A DNA stretch of 64,000 nt. It comes from Paraspadella gotoi. Lineage: Eukaryota; Animalia; Chaetognatha. The stretch covers positions 1,897,601 through 1,961,600 of the forward strand of contig CM119269.1 in assembly GCA_051294375.1 (NCBI GenBank), read 5' to 3'. Position 1 is the first letter of the stretch. The number at the start of each line of letters is the position of its first letter. Position numbers and translations under genes: made by a program. Shown piece after piece: positions 44,502-59,930 of this stretch. The notes beneath the pieces are model-generated. The model was not told the origin of the DNA, did not search any database, and worked only from the letters and a program-made list of their open reading frames with translations.

Positions 44502-46627
44502 CACTGAAGCGGGGGACTCTCTCTCTCTCTCTCTCTCTCTTTCGCACTGAAGCGGGGGAGAGAAATGAGAGAGGGCTTCGGTTGGATGGAGCAAGTAAGA
44601 AACGCCACGTTGTTATCGTTATTGAGTTGAAATGTGTGAAATTCTCCCCGTCGTATTTCTTTTCTTTGAAAATCTGATGGAAAGAGATTAGAAATTACGA
44701 ACTTTTAGAATCAAAGGGCTTAGCTTTTTTCCCCTCTTTTTTTGTCGTGCTGCTTTTTGCGTAGGCTGCACGAATAAACAATAAATACAAAGTTATCGAG
44801 TGGTTTTTTTTTTNNNNNNNNNNNNNNNNNNNNNNNNNNNNNNNNNNNNNNNNNNNNNNNNNNNNNNNNNNNNNNNNNNNNNNNNNNNNNNNNNNNNNNN
44901 NNNNNNNNNNNNNNNNNNNNNNNNNNNNNNNNNNNNNNNNNNNNNNNNNNNNNNNNNNNNNNNNNNNNNNNNNNNNNNNNNNNNNNNNNNNNNNNNNNNN
45001 NNNNNNNNNNNNNNNNNNNNNNNNNNNNNNNNNNNNNNNNNNNNNNNNNNNNNNNNNNNNNNNNNNNNNNNNNNNNNNNNNNNNNNNNNNNNNNNNNNNN
45101 NNNNNNNNNNNNNNNNNNNNNNNNNNNNNNNNNNNNNNNNNNNNNNNNNNNNNNNNNNNNNNNNNNNNNNNNNNNNNNNNNNNNNNNNNNNNNNNNNNNN
45201 NNNNNNNNNNNNNNNNNNNNNNNNNNNNNNNNNNNNNNNNNNNNNNNNNNNNNNNNNNNNNNNNNNNNNNNNNNNNNNNNNNNNNNNNNNNNNNNNNNNN
45301 NNNNNNNNNNNNNNNNNNNNNNNNNNNNNNNNNNNNNNNNNNNNNNNNNNNNNNNCTCCCTCCCTCCTCCGGTCATCTTCTCAATATGGCCGCCCCGGCG
45401 AAATCTCGTCCCGGTGTTTCGGTTCGCGCGGCCGAGACGAGAGAGAAGACGTGGGCGCGAAGATTGAGGAAGTCGGCGGAGGAGGAGGAGGAGGAGGAAG
45501 AGGAGGCGCGTCGTCGCTTCCGGCCGCGCAGTCGACTTCCGCGTTTCCTTTTGCTTTTTCTCCTTTTGTCGGATACTTTTTTTTTCTCTTTGGAAAATTT
45601 CTCCTGTTAAACGATTTTTAAGCTTAAAATAAATTTATATAACCTTTTCGCTTCTATATATCGGTGTGAGTATTTGTTTTTTCTCCTGCTTCCGGCAATA
45701 TTGTGTTTTTTGTGATGCGTAAAATTTTTCTGTCAAGTTTTGTTAAATCTCGACGATCTATGTTTTTGCAAACCGAAAAGCACGTATTAAGAAATACTCC
45801 GAGTTCAAGTTGTATTTTTCACAAACGCTGCACACATGCATTCGATGTTTGGATTCCGCTTTTCACAATTTATTTCTTATTTTCTTTTCCATGGTTATGC
45901 ATTAATTTTTGTGTTACGCATTGTCTTGAAGCGGTTGCGGTCTGGTTTCCTTTGATTAAAGACAGTCGATGTCTAAGACGAACAAGCATATAATTCTAAT
46001 TCTATGATAAGAACTATACTAAGAACACGCCTACAGTATTATAACTATCTTTCTAAGGTCCATATATCATCTCATTTAGGTAAAATTCTGTTAATTCTCT
46101 CAACCGATTATTGTAAATTATATATATATTATATTATATTTATTATCTTTCGATATCTTCAGATAATAATTCTTAAAGAGGTTTCTTACGTACATATACA
46201 AATAAATAAATTTTTCTAAGTACAATACAATACAATACAATTTTCTCTGGCATCTTTGGTTTAGATTTTATCAAATTATCTTTCAGCACTCTCATAATAT
46301 TTTCACTGTTTATAACGTTTCGATTAATTTGATGTAAGGTTATACGTTGAAACACGCTCAGGCTTGTTATTTTATATGAATTCTTGCACTATGCAGTTAT
46401 GCAAGCTTACAATCTTATTCTGTTTAAAGATAATTATGAATATGAAAGCAGCAAATTGTGTCATTCACAATAATTACACCTATGTCCTACGTAGTTCAAG
46501 AAGCTTTCAATGTATAGCCTTCACCGCTTTCGTATCTTTATCATATCTTTATCTTTAAAGTAAAGAATAAATAGAGTAGACACTACACAATACACAGTTG
46601 AATAAGAACACAGGATCTAATCGTTGA

Positions 46628-48456
46628 CCTGAGCCGTCGCTGCTCATTGGAGGGAGACTGGGAGAGAGAACAAGAAGATCAAAGAAAAGTTATACCGCAA
46701 ATTCGAATCTGGAGAAGTTCTGTTGGGGGAAGGAGCCAAAAAGCATAAAAAGAGAATAAAACATTTGCGGATGAATCAGAGATGGACTTCGAGATCGAGC
46801 TGGATCGATCGACGAATTCGCGAGCAGACGATTTCGACTTCGACAGGGAAGACTCTCCACTTGAAGGATTTTTTGAAGCGAAAACAAAAACGACGACAAC
46901 GACGACAACGACGACAACGAAGGCCTCCGAGTGCTGATGATACTAAACGAAGAAAAAGATGAGCGAAATGAAATAAATTAAGATTTATAATTATATATAT
47001 ATTAATTTTAAATCCTTTTTATAAGAAATGTGAAAAAGAATGATCTGCAATATATATTTTTTCTTCGAAAAAGTGCAATTTTTTGTCACGCTATGATCAA
47101 TAAATAACTTATTCAAAAAAATCATTTAACAACTAATATATTGTTGCTAACGATTTCAAAACTTGGGTCTCATTGCATTATGGATGGATAGTGATGAATT
47201 GACTGAGAATATAATTTTCTCGATTGCAAGTACATAGAATTTTCCCTCCACCTCTACCACATTACCGATCAGAACCGCTAACGCCAACCTACGCCCCTTT
47301 CTTCGCTACATCTCTGCGACCAGAACGCCTGCCGCTTCAGTCCGCGTCTTTCGCCGCCACCGGCGACGCCGCTGGCCTCAGCAGCCGCATCCATCACGCC
47401 GCTCTCCTTCGAGGCCAACGGCTTCCAGTCAACGTTTTCAAAATTAGACGCAAAGTCGGCGTCGCCTGACGAGTGAAAAGCAAGAAAGCCAAGCATTCGA
47501 CCGGCTGAATGCTTGATAAGGCTAGTCGAGATGCAACCAAGCATTCTATTTATACCATGTTGTCTGGCAACTTTCAAGCTATTTTTTATCAAAAAATTTG
47601 CAAAATTACTTGTTTTACTTATTTCTATTTTTATATTTTTATTTAAAAAAATTTATAAAAATTTATAAAAAATTTACTTAGCGTTTTAATCTAAGATCGA
47701 AAAATAAAATTTAAATATTGCAAACTCTAGCCTTTGTGATTCATAAGACCTGCGTCTTATTTAAGTAGGACAAAATATAAGAGCACTATGCAGAAGAAAA
47801 ACAGTCCTCCAAAAATATTATTCCTTCTTTTTTTAGACTTATTTTTTGTTCTTTTTCGTTACTTTTTTAGTTAAACCGACACTATTTAAATGTGGGAGTG
47901 TCTTTATGCTTCAAATAATTTTATGCTGTTGAGAATCTTTTTATTCAGTCCTAGGAAGGTTGTACTATATATTAAAACCTATTTACTTACAAAAAAAATA
48001 TATTTCACAATGAAATTCGATAATTTTTATAAACCGCGACAATTTTTTTTTCCATCATGGTAGTTTCTGAATTTTACGAGTTAATTATTAAGTACGCCAA
48101 ACTTTCGGAGGTATTCTTCCTTAAAGAGCACAGCACATTATTTTATGCTATACAGAATTGGGAAATTATGGCCTAGATATGAAAAAATATTTATTTTATT
48201 AAATGTTACCTATTCCTCTAAGAAAGAATAATAAAAATAAATAAAAACTTAAAATAAAATAAGAATAAGGTGCGTGGCTTGAACAAGAACACTTTACTCG
48301 CAATTCAAACTCTCTCTCGTAATTAGAAGACCTGACTTTTCTCACAGTACTTCGAAAGTATTGCATCAAATCCCATTCTTCAGAAATACCGTTGTCCTGG
48401 GAACTGAATGCTTTCTTCTTCCATCTCGGCCCCCGCTCTTTTCTCATCCTCATCAT
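46628..48456 (-). other. Exon-like GC-rich blocks of an unidentified minus-strand transcript
   Basis: 48456-48390 (MMRMRKERGPRWKKKAFSSQDN, GTATTT donor) joins in phase to a block at about 47290-47465 (GDADFASNFENVDWKPLASKESGV). Further blocks lie at about 46630-46860. No homology was recognised. Confidence 0.25.
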
Positions 48457-48559
48457 TATTCCTCCTCCTCCTCCTCCCCTTTCGCCCCCTCCTCCTCTTC
48501 CTCCTCATCTCGCTCCCAGTTTCCACCTTGCCATCGATTGACGCCGCTTTGGCCGAGAG

Positions 48560-48600
48560 ATGTCACGTGATTGCCGCGCCCACTTCCGTGCGCGGCGGCT
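48560..48600. promoter_or_regulatory. CpG-rich promoter-like patch with E-box (GTCACGTGA) and ETS (CACTTCCG) motifs
   Basis: Motifs are visible in the sequence. The duplicate of this patch (~59750-59790) lies about 0.9 kb upstream of the MEF2 ATG. Confidence 0.35.
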
Positions 48601-48756
48601 CTGTTTTACTCCTCCTCCTCCTCTTCCTCCTCCTCCTCTTCTTTTGTCTCTCCATCCCGGGGAAGCGACTCCGGTTTTCGCGAAACCAGCGGAACTTTTT
48701 CCTTTCGGATTCCAGAGTTTTTCCCGTTTCGNNNNNNNNNNNNNNNNNNNNNNNNN

Positions 48757-51700
48757 GAGTTGAATAAACTTGATAACACAAAAACATATAGCATACTTGT
48801 GTCGGTGAGTCGATGGCGGAAAAATCGTTAGCAACCAATTTAATTACTTTTCGGGAGTGATCATAGAAGGTTGACGCCAGATCTGTGAATAACGAAATAT
48901 AAATGAAAATATGACAAACGATACTAAAAAAACATTAGTACAAGATGCCTAATTCTATAGCAAACTAGTTATAAGAACCAGGCTTTTGGGTGCCAACTTT
49001 TTTAATAAGCGATTTATTTTTAAGTGAAGTATAATTTATTATTAAATTAAATTATCATATACAGCCTACAAATCACTAATCAGACATCTGAAGTTCATAT
49101 TAAACATTTTTTCATTATCTGTGCAACCTGAATAAAAAAAAAAAAATTACAAAATTATATAACAGTAAATCAACTTAAATGTCTGCACAAATTTACCAAT
49201 ATTTTTTTTTATGTTTTACTAAATATAATCCAGAAGAAATATTTAACTTATTTTGAATAATCTTGTTCTTAAAAAAAAAATCAAGATTTGGATTTGACAC
49301 ACTACGAGTCATGAACTGCTTGATATTAAAATTTTTTACATGTAAAACACACTTGAAAGAAAGGCAAAACTAACTGCTACAAACTACGATGGAGTGTAGA
49401 AAATGGGAAAAAACTAAATTTCATAACTGGTTAAAAAGTGCACAGCCCAAAGTCTTCATAAATTATCTACTAAGAAATTAAAAAGACCGATAAACTAATA
49501 CAGCATTCCATTAAACAAACCCTTCATTTCTTTAATAAAACTTTAGTAAATGTGGTAAAAATCTTGGTGCAATTACGATTGTAAGAAATAGAAACCACCC
49601 GGATAAAGAAAATAACCTGAACCACAATACGAGCCTCTTGCTTCTCTTTCGAATGTTATAAGTGATTAAGGTTTGACCTCACCATATATTTTTCTACAAG
49701 ACTCACAGGTTTTTCATTTCACCCGCGCGAGTACGAAAGGCGAACAAAACCGGGAGACGAGCTTTTTCGTGGAGGGAAGGTTCCTTTTATTCGATCTCGC
49801 CCATATTCCTCGTTTCATTCGTATGAAACATTTAACTTTCTGTAGAGGTAAAAATCGCTCTTGGGGAGAGCGGCGACTAGTTGTAATACGATATATTAAG
49901 CGGGAAAAGAAGGGAAAATCGGTGAGGAGACACAACTCACCTCTGTACATGCCACGGAATCCTTCGGGCGTTGATTTTAACGAAACAATCCACCTAAACG
50001 ATAGAAGGATATGTTTAATTATTAAGAATATAAAACAGTATTTAAGAAACGGTGGACGAAAGAATTTACTTACATAGATTTGTACATGCGTTCTCCATTT
50101 GGTCCAATCTGCTGATTTTGAAGCCTTGTCTTGACCAGATCTATAGGAACACGCAATGACCCCAACGAGTCCCGCGATTGATGCATTTACACCTTTTGTA
50201 CTAGTCTAGAAGATGAGGAAAGGTGTCAGTGATGAGAAGCAATATATTTTCAACAGAGCTTTGCCAAGCTATAGATTTCTATTTATAAAACTTTCTTCGA
50301 AGGTTTTCGATCATAATTCAACGTAGTCGGAACATTACGAGCTCAAAGTTTTTACCCAGGCAAATAAACTAAAAAATTAAACTAAAAATAAAATAAAAAG
50401 CATCGCTTATTTCCCCACGAATAGTGAAAAAACCCAGCCCCAAATCACAGCGAACGCAGGAAAATAAAAATAAAAAATTTTAAAAAACCATCCAACTACA
50501 CACTTTTGCTGAGCGGTGCAGATGCTGAACTCACTGAAAACTGTTGGTCATCTCGACATGCCGGTTTCCCAGTGTTAAGATATTATTGCAAAATTCGAGA
50601 AAAATCGAATTTTTGGGGTGAAAAAAGATTCGAGGTTGACTTCCGAGATTTGGAGACCTTCACGTGATTAAGAAACTCATTATTAATTAATTACAATGAA
50701 ATTAAATTTTACCCTCACTGGTTTTAATCAATCGGGCTAACTAAAGGAATGAACAAATCAAATCGGACAATAAAATCGATTCCATTAAAAAAAAGTCTGG
50801 TAAATGCAGGTTTTTCGTATACTTTAGAAAAATTTGAGAGAGAAGAATTGATCTTGGTATTTAATCTTTATGTAGACATTTACATTGAGCAACACTCGGC
50901 TGTCGCGAATAATTCTAAAATTCATCTCGTTACGGATTTTAAACTCCGCCAATTGATTACGACAAAATTTTAATTTAAACGAGTCACGTATTTCATCCAG
51001 TTATATAACCTAAACTATTTATTTTCTATTTGACGTTTACTATTTATCAGTTTAAGGCTAACGCAATTTGGTTATATAAGTAAAAATCTACTCTTTAATT
51101 TAGAGGAACGATAACTATATAATCAGAATTAGTTCGACCGTGTCCTTCAACACAGAGCGTTGTAAATTGTAATCGTACCCGAGAGCAGTTTAAAATTCTG
51201 GGCAATTGGGTCGTGGAGTTTAACCGTCAAAACAAAGAGCAAGAATGTAGGCAGCAAAAATATAAGACATTTAATTCAGACGAGAACTGATGGGAAATAC
51301 TAAATGGCAAGGCAAAAGTTTTTCTGGAGCTCTTAATGCCTCGATGAATATAAAGTTTGAAATAGTGGTTATCTGTTGTACCAATTTCATAACAGAGCGG
51401 AGTAGAGAGTGGTCCTCTTAACAATTATAACATCATAGAAATATTATAACTGATAGTAGAAGCAAGGACTGGTCGTAAACTAGCATGAGACTGTCTTTAT
51501 AAAAAAGCTTGTAGTGTCGTAGGAGTGTTAAAGGCCACCAACTATTGCCTACTCAATTGCAAAGACAATTGCAAAGATGGTATGTATTTAATATACAAAA
51601 TGAATAACTTTTATATCGGTTTATACAATTTCAAACATATTTATGCAAGCTTTGACTCCGACTCCTACGTCAAATTTATGATTATAAAAATTAACAAATA

Positions 51701-54700
51701 TATAATTTGTTATCAAGTTGTCGCATCATGCGGATAAGGACAAATGCGTAAAATAGTTGGTACCTGAGGGGGAAGGCAAGCGAAAGCGGGTACAACGAAT
51801 CGTTGAGAAGAATCGTAGAGGGAACCGGCTTCGTCGGGGTCTCGAAGTTATGGAGGAGAATTAGCGCACCACCCGGGATCAGCCTGGAAGGGCGAAGCAT
51901 GTCAAATATTAAATTTCGAGAACTCTCAAAGGTGTTAAGGAACTCGACCTTTTTATCCAAGGAGAGATCGACCTTAAAACGCGCTTTATTCCCAGGAAAA
52001 ACTTACATGATTTTGTTGAACATTTAAGTTTTAAACCTTTTTAAGTGCCGCAAGTACTACTCTCCAAGTGAATATTTAGCGTTTTGTCTGTCTACATTTA
52101 TTGCTATTAAAAACTTATAAATTGTGTTTACTAGCCATCGATTTTAATATTTATAAATAAAAAATAGCTATTTATAAAATTGGTACACCCAATATAAAAA
52201 TTATTCATTCATTTATAAATAAGCTATCTTGCCCCTGATTTTGGACAGGCAATCTTTAATTCACAGCAGAGTAAGAGGACAAACTGCAGGTTCCTAAAGT
52301 TGTTTTAGATAATACGATAATAATATATTATTATTTTAATATTTGATAATAATTGTTTTATTTAGCGATTTAAAAAAACGTTAAAAAGAAAATTAAACGC
52401 GATGGCAACACCCTGGAATTGCACTTGGATTTAACACAAGCTTATCTATAAAAATCTGTTTATCACCGGAAAAAGCTTAATCTCTATTTCGTTTATACCC
52501 TTTGAACTGTAAAGGCTGAACTCGAAGCGGTGGGTGGTTCCGAAAGAGAGTGAATTGATGATAGTCCGCCTGGTGGTTATGGCGTTTGCTGTAGAATGAG
52601 TTGGCGCCGGGAAATGTTGTGAGACGGCGTTGCAGAAGCTGTTCCTGTTTAAATGAACATGGGAGGGAACATGTAACAGAGTATAATTAGAAGGAGTACT
52701 GTAAGTCTGTCTCTGAGCACATCCAAACAAATTCAAAAAACCATTTTAATTTTACAAAAAGGCCCAAACCAGGTAGAAATGTGATCAGGTTTCGTTTGAA
52801 TTAATTTCCAAAAATTTTTTTTTGGACAAAATGGAGCATATATTTCTGGTAATGTAACAACTTCCAAATTTACGAATGCAGTTATCGTAAGTTACGATTT
52901 CATAAGTCAAAGCCGAATACGGTGGAATAATCATAAGAGCGCAGGTCTTTTAGGAATTAACAGAACATGCAATGCAAGTTTTTAATATTAGATGAAATTT
53001 TTTTTTCTGAAAAGAGAAAGATAATACAACCATGTGTTTTTACACAAAAGATCGCTCGGTCGGCGAAAGTAGAACTTTTACGAGCATGGATGTCTTTCTA
53101 TTCTCTTTTCTGAACTTTAAAAAATGAGATGCACAAGTATAACAGTACATAGTAAAAGAAACGGCAAAACAAGGTTCATTATGTACCGAATAGAAGAATT
53201 AAAGATTGCTCTCCATTTGCCCTAGTTTTGCAAAAAAGAAGGAATACTAAAACAGTTTTAATATATTTTTTCAATAAATATTTATTTTAATAATTCATGA
53301 CATAGGTGAGCGGTAGACTGTCAGGCCATGTTTTTGAAACTATAGAGAGATAGATCACTTTTAGTCTTAAAAGTTACATTTTTTAAGAAAATACATAAGT
53401 CATTAGACATAAGCAATATTATTAAACTTTTTACGAAAAAAAAATCGCCAAGGAACTTTTTAGCATCGAAAGGTTTTTTTTCTCGGGGAAAATACAATTA
53501 AATACCGTAATACCCATTAAAAATCTTCCTAGTTTTTTTTACTCCACCTAGTAAGAATCTCAATGGATAATTTATTCCTATTAGATAAATAGTAGCTAAA
53601 ACACTGAGCTAAAGTATAGGGAAAGACGGACGTGGGCTGCCGATGGAGAGGAGACGGACTGGAAGCTAAAACTCATTCGCAGGTCGAAGCGATGACTCGC
53701 TCAGCACGAGACTCAGTTTCATACGGACTTTTCTCGCAACGATCCTCGCAGATATACATCGCGGTAACGTACGTTAAATGCGAGCCCGTCGACAATCCGG
53801 TGGGAAAGGAAAGAAAAAAAAAGGATCTTCTGGTTGTGTTGACCGTTAAAAAACAACTCTTATGCCGGCTCACATGACTTTGGACGAGCCCCTATACTAG
53901 TGTGTGCAATCCATAACTTTTCATTCAGAATGAAATCGAGTAATTCAAATTATTATATTTAATTTCAAAAAAAAGCATCTATTTCTGCGAAACTATTTGC
54001 TTTTAGTAAAAGTTAGGATTTAACCACATTGATTTAATTGTATACCCCCAAAAAAAACGTCGTTTTGTGGGTTGGTAACGCTAAATTAATATTAGATAAT
54101 TAGCTGAACTGTTGCATCATTCACTTTCAAACATCGAAACGATGCATTTTTTTAGAAAAAAAATTTAGGTCGGAGTTGTTTTTTTTTTTGTGTTTTTTTT
54201 TTTAGGAAGATTATAAAATTAACGAAGTTAATATTAATCTAAGCTGTTATTCATGGTAGATTATGACTATCTTTTGAAGAGTGAATTAAATAATTGGTCA
54301 ATTTTAGTGTCAGTAGATATGTTATTTATTAATTATAGCTTAAACTATAAATTGTCTGATTTTCAATGCACTTAAGTTGTGAAAAATTAATAACAATCTT
54401 CTTACAATAATAAAATGTAAAATATGATACTATCATACCTTATTGGTTTGCTCATTCATTAGTTCAGGACATGCTCGATTGCCTTCTTTTATCTGAAAAA
54501 AGGCTCGTAACGATGCACTACCTTCTATATCTCATCGTGTTCACGTTCTGTCTTTTTGTTCAATTTAGTTTCAATGGACTTCACGCGTGAAACACAAACA
54601 ATTATAAAAAAATTAATATTTAATTTACTTCTAAATATTTCTATATCTTCAAATTATTATTTTCAATTATTGAACGAATATATCTCTAATTTTATAATCC

Positions 54701-55528
54701 AATATATTTAGGGATTGCCTTATATTTTTTTGTTGATTCAAGGATACTTCTCAATTTAAAATTTGAAAAATTAATCCTTCATATTTTCATAGTTTCCTAA
54801 TTTTTCTAATCTAAGTTTTCTCGGTGAATAGAATGCAGTCCTGACTGAATTATGCCTTAATATTTTTAGCTGGCACACTTTGCAACATTAAAGTTATAAT
54901 ATCATGATTAGGCAACATAGTTACCCATGGTAAATACAAAATACACTATACTATTGTTACTTACCAGACGCATGCGACTCACTCACTCCCATTGACCAGA
55001 ATTGACTCCCCCTTTCCCCCGTGGACTTCCTCGAATTGCTCTCGCGCTGACAGTTTGATATCATATGAGGGCCGCAGAGCGAACCTCGCGCGCTTTTGGC
55101 CCGCAACGCCCCTGGCGCCCGCGCGGGCATTCGCTCCCGCGCGTGACCCGTCCTCGCGTGAAGACAGCTTTATTTCTTTATTCCTATTTATATATCAACC
55201 GTTCGCGGGATGCCGGACCCTTTAACAAAAGGAAGGCAGCGAGGGGAAGAGACGAGCGGATCTATCCTCTCTCTCTCTCTCTCTACCTCTCGTCTCTCTC
55301 TCTTCTCTCTCTCTCTTCTCTCACCTTCTCTCTCCTCTCTTCTCTCTGATTCTGCTTCTCGTGTTGATCCGAATTCTCTCTCTTTACGGACGCTTTTTTC
55401 CGCACCCTAAAACTGGCCCTCGTTTTTCGGGAACGAAATTTCCTTGGTCAATCGCGCCAGCCAAATGTGTCTTGTTCGATGTTTGGGCTCACAGCAATTG
55501 TTTTTTTCATCTTCATTCTCGTCTCCTC

Positions 55529-55565
<37 letters not shown>

Positions 55566-55966
55566 GTTCTGCTCTCTTCTTCTCTTCGTCGCTCATTCAT
55601 TTCTCCCTAGTTTCTTTTTCAGATCTTGGTTACTAACTGCCGATTCTGCTGTCGGTTCGCATACCTTATGTCTTATTCTTACGCTTGATTTCCCCCGCTT
55701 CGTACCATGGACTCTCCAACTCTCTCTCTCATCATCCCACTCCCAGGTGGCGCTATGAAATGAGTCAAGCAGGGTAGGCGCCACAGCGCGGGCGTCATCT
55801 CGCTTTCATAATCGCGATGAGAGGTAAGAGAATCTTGACAAAATCCTCTGAAATATGGGCAGTTTGTTGACGTGCAGGCGCGGGGGGCGGCTTCTTCTCT
55901 CTCCTCTTTCTCTCTCTCCTCCTTCTTCCTCTCTCTCTCTCTTCTCTTCCTTTCTCTCTCTCTCTT

Positions 55967-56002
<36 letters not shown>

Positions 56003-59000
56003 GGCACTGAAGCGGGGAGAGATGAGGAGAGGGCTTCGGTTGATGGAGCAAGTAAGAAACGCACGTTGTTATTCGTTATTGAGTTGAAATGTGTGAAATT
56101 TCTCCCGTGTATTTCTTTTCTTTGAAAATGACTGATGGAAAGAGATTAGAAATTACGAAACTTTTAGAATCAAAGGCTTAGCTTTTTTTCCCCTCTTTTT
56201 TTTGTCGTGCTGCTTTTTGGCGTAGGCTGCACGAATAAACAATAAATAACAAGTTATCGAGTGGTTTTTTTTTATAAAGAAATTATAGTGGTAAAAAAAA
56301 TAAATTAGATTCTAGTTTTAGCGTTCAAGTTGCTGGATTGAATAACGATGCAAATCGAGACATTCCGCTGATTCTGTTGCTACTATATTAAAAAAAAAAT
56401 TTCAGGGTCCTCGCTCTCCTCCTCTCTTCTTTCCTCTCTCTTCTTATTCTTCTCTCTCTTCTCTCTCTCTCTCTCTCTCTTTCCTCTCTCTTCTTTCTTC
56501 TATCTTCTCCGCACATCCTCGCTTCATTCTTCTCATCAGTTCCCCCCCGTTTCTCCATCTCTCCCTCCTCTACCTCCCTCTCCTCTCCGGTCATTCTTCT
56601 CAATATGGCCGCCCCGCGAAATCTCGTCCCGGTGTTTCGGTTCGCGCGGGCCGCAGACGAGAGAAAGACGGGCAGCGAAGATGAGGAAGTCGGCGTGAGA
56701 GGAGGAGGAGGAGAGGGGCGCGTCGCTCGCTTCCGGCCGCGCTGTCGATTCCGCGTTTCTTTTCCTTTTTCTCCTTTTGTCGGATACTTTTTTTTTCTCT
56801 TTGAGAATATCTCTGTTTAAACGATTTTTTAAGCTAAATAAATTTATTGTATAAACCTTTCGCTTCATATATATCCGGTGGAGTATTTGATTTTTCTCCT
56901 CGCTTCCGGCACATATTGTGTTTTTGTGATGCGTAAAACTTTTTCTGTCAAGTTTGTTAATCTCGACGATCTATGTTTTGCAAACCAAAACACTTGTATT
57001 AAGAAATACTCGAGTTCAGTTGTATTTTTCACAAACGCTGCACACATGCATTCGATTTTGATTCCGCATTTTCACAATTTATCTTATTTTCTTTTCCATG
57101 GTTATGCATTAATTTTGTGTCTACGCATGTCTTGAAGCGGTTGCGTTGGTTTCCTTTGATTAAAGACAGGTCGATGTTAAGACGAACAAGCATATAATTC
57201 TAATGCTATGATAGAAATTAAGAACACGCTACAGTATTATAACTATCTTTCTAGGTCCATATTCATCTCATTTAGGTAAAATTATGTAATCTCTCAACCG
57301 ATAGTTGATAAATTATCATATATATATATATTATATTTATTATCTTCGATATCTTTTCAGAGCAATAATTCTTAAAGAGGTTCTTAGTACAATATACAAA
57401 TAAATAAATTTTTCTAAGTACAATAAATACACATACAATAAATTTCTCGGCATCTTGGTTCAATTTATCAAATTATCTTTCAGCACTTCCATAATATTTT
57501 CATGTTTATAACGTTCGTCATTAATTTGATGTAAGGTTATACGTTGAAACACGCTCAGGCTTGTTATTTTATATCGAATTCTTGCACTTCGTTATGCAAG
57601 CTTACAATCTTATTCTGTTTAAAGACTAATTATGGAATATGAAAGCAGCAAATTGTGTCATTCAACAATAATTTACACCTATGTCCTACGTAGTTCAAGA
57701 AGCTTGAATGTATAGCCTTCACCAGGCTTTGTATCTTTATCATATCTTTTCTTTAAAAGTCAAGAATAAATAGATAGACACTACCATACACAGTGAATAA
57801 AACACAGGATCTAATCGTTGACCTGGAGCCGTCGCTGCTCATGGAGGGAGACTGGCGAGAGAGGAAACAGAGATCAAAGAAAAGTTTACCGACAAATCGA
57901 ATTGAGAGAAGTTCTGTTGGGGAAGAGCCAAAAAAGCATAAAAGAGGAATAAAACATTGGCGGTGAATCAGATATGGACTTCGAATGAGCTGGATCGATC
58001 GACAATTCGCGAGCAGACGATTCGACTTTGACAGGCGAAGACTCTCCACTTGAAGGATTTTTTGAAGCGGAAACAAACGAGAAACGACGACAACGACTAA
58101 CGAGAGACAACGACGACAACGAAGGCCTCCGAGTGCTGATGATACGTCAAACGAAGAAGAGATGAGCGAAATGAAAAAAATTAAGATTTATATATATATT
58201 ATATAATTTTAAATCCTTTCTTATAAGAATGTGAAAAGAATGATCTGCAAATATGTATTTTTTCTTCGAAAAAGTGAAATTTTTGGTCACCCTATGATCA
58301 ATAAATAACTTATTCACAAAAATCATTAACAACTAATATTATGTTCGCTAAACGATTCAAAACTTGGTCTCATTGTCATTATTGTGATGTAGATTGATGA
58401 TGGAATTACTGAGAATATAATTTTTCTCGATATGCATAGTACATAGAATTTCCTCCACCATCTACCTTTTTCATACCGATCAGAACCGCTAACGCCACCT
58501 ACGCCCCTTATCTTCTGACATCTCGCGACCAGCACTCCGCGCTTCAGTCGCCGCTTCTTTCGCCGCCCGGCGACGCCGTCCAGGCCTCAAGCAGCCGCAT
58601 CCATCACCGCTCTCCTTCGAGGCCAACGGCTTCCAGTCAACGTTTCTAAAATTAGAGCAAAGTCGGCGTCGCCTGGACGAGTGAAAGCAAGAAAGCCAAG
58701 CATTCGCCGCTGAATGCTTGATAAGCTAGTCGAGATGCAACCAAGGCATATCTGTATACCATGTGTGCGTGGCAACTTCAAGCTATTTTTTATCTAAAAT
58801 TTTTGCATAAAGTTACTTGATTTACCACTATTTTTCTATCTTTATATTATTAATAAAAAATTTACAAAATTATAAAGACAGGTTTTAATCTAAGATCGAA
58901 AAAATAAAATTTAAATATTGCAAAACTCTAGCCTTTGTGATTCATTAAGACCTCGTCTTACATTGAAGTAGGACAAAAAATTAAGAGCACTATGCAGAGA

Positions 59001-59930
59001 AAAAACAGTCCTCCAAAAATATTATTCCTTCTTTTTTTAGACTTATTTTTTGTTCTTTTTCGTTACTTTTTAGTTAAACCAGACACTATTTAAATGTGGG
59101 AGTGTCTTTATGCTTCAAATAATTTTATGCGTGTTGAGAATCTTTTTATTCAGTCCTAGGAAGGTTGTACTATATATTAAAACCTATTACTTACAAAAAA
59201 AATATATTCACAATGAAATTCGATAATTTTTATAAACCGCGACAATTTTTTTTAACACTCATGGAGTCTTTCTGAATTTTACGAGTTAATTATAAGTACG
59301 CCAAACTTAGGAGGTATTTTCCTTAAAGAGCACAGCACATTATTTTCTGCTAACAAAATTGGAGAAATTATGCGCTAGATATGAAAAAATATTATTTTAT
59401 TAAATTTCACCTATTCTCTAAGAAAAAATATTAATAATAAATATAAACTTAACATAAAATAGAATAAGGTGCGTGCTTGAACAAGAACCACTTACTCGCT
59501 AACAAACTCTCTCTCGTAAATTAAAAGACCTGACTTTTCTCACAGTATTCAAAGTATTGCATCAAATCCATTCTTCAGAAATACCGTTGTCCTGGAACTA
59601 AATGCTTTCTTCTTCCATCTCGGCCCCGCTCTTTTCTCATCCTCATCATTATTCCTCCTCCTCCTCCTCCTCCCTTTGCCCCCTCCTCCTCTTCCTCCTA
59701 CATCCTTCCTCCCAGTTTCCACCTTGCCACGATATGACGCCGCCTTGGCGAGAAGATGTCACTATGCCCGCGCCCACTTCCGTGCGGCGCGGCTCTGTTT
59801 CTCTTACCTCCTCCTCCTCCTCTTCCTCCTCCTCCTCCTCTCCTTGTCTCCCATCCCGGGGAAGCGACCCGGTTTTTCGCGAAACAGCGAAACTTTTCTC
59901 CTTTCGGATTCCAGAGTTTTTCCCGTTTCG
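48757..59930 (+). repeat. ~11.2-kb direct duplicate of 37367-48731 (probable assembly artefact)
   Basis: Collinear throughout. Differences are mostly 1-bp indels. The copies are separated by exactly 25 N. Confidence 0.95.
48797..50551 (-). pseudogene. Frameshifted partial copy of the carrier 5' exons inside the duplicate (probably not a real locus)
   Basis: For example CTATAGGAACACGCAATGAC versus intact CTATAGGGAACACGCAAGTGAC. The 3' exons are absent. Confidence 0.55.

Noticed and set aside
44720-45621. ORFs of 218 and 273 aa (and those at 103-549)
   Set aside because: They are composed mostly of N-gap translation.
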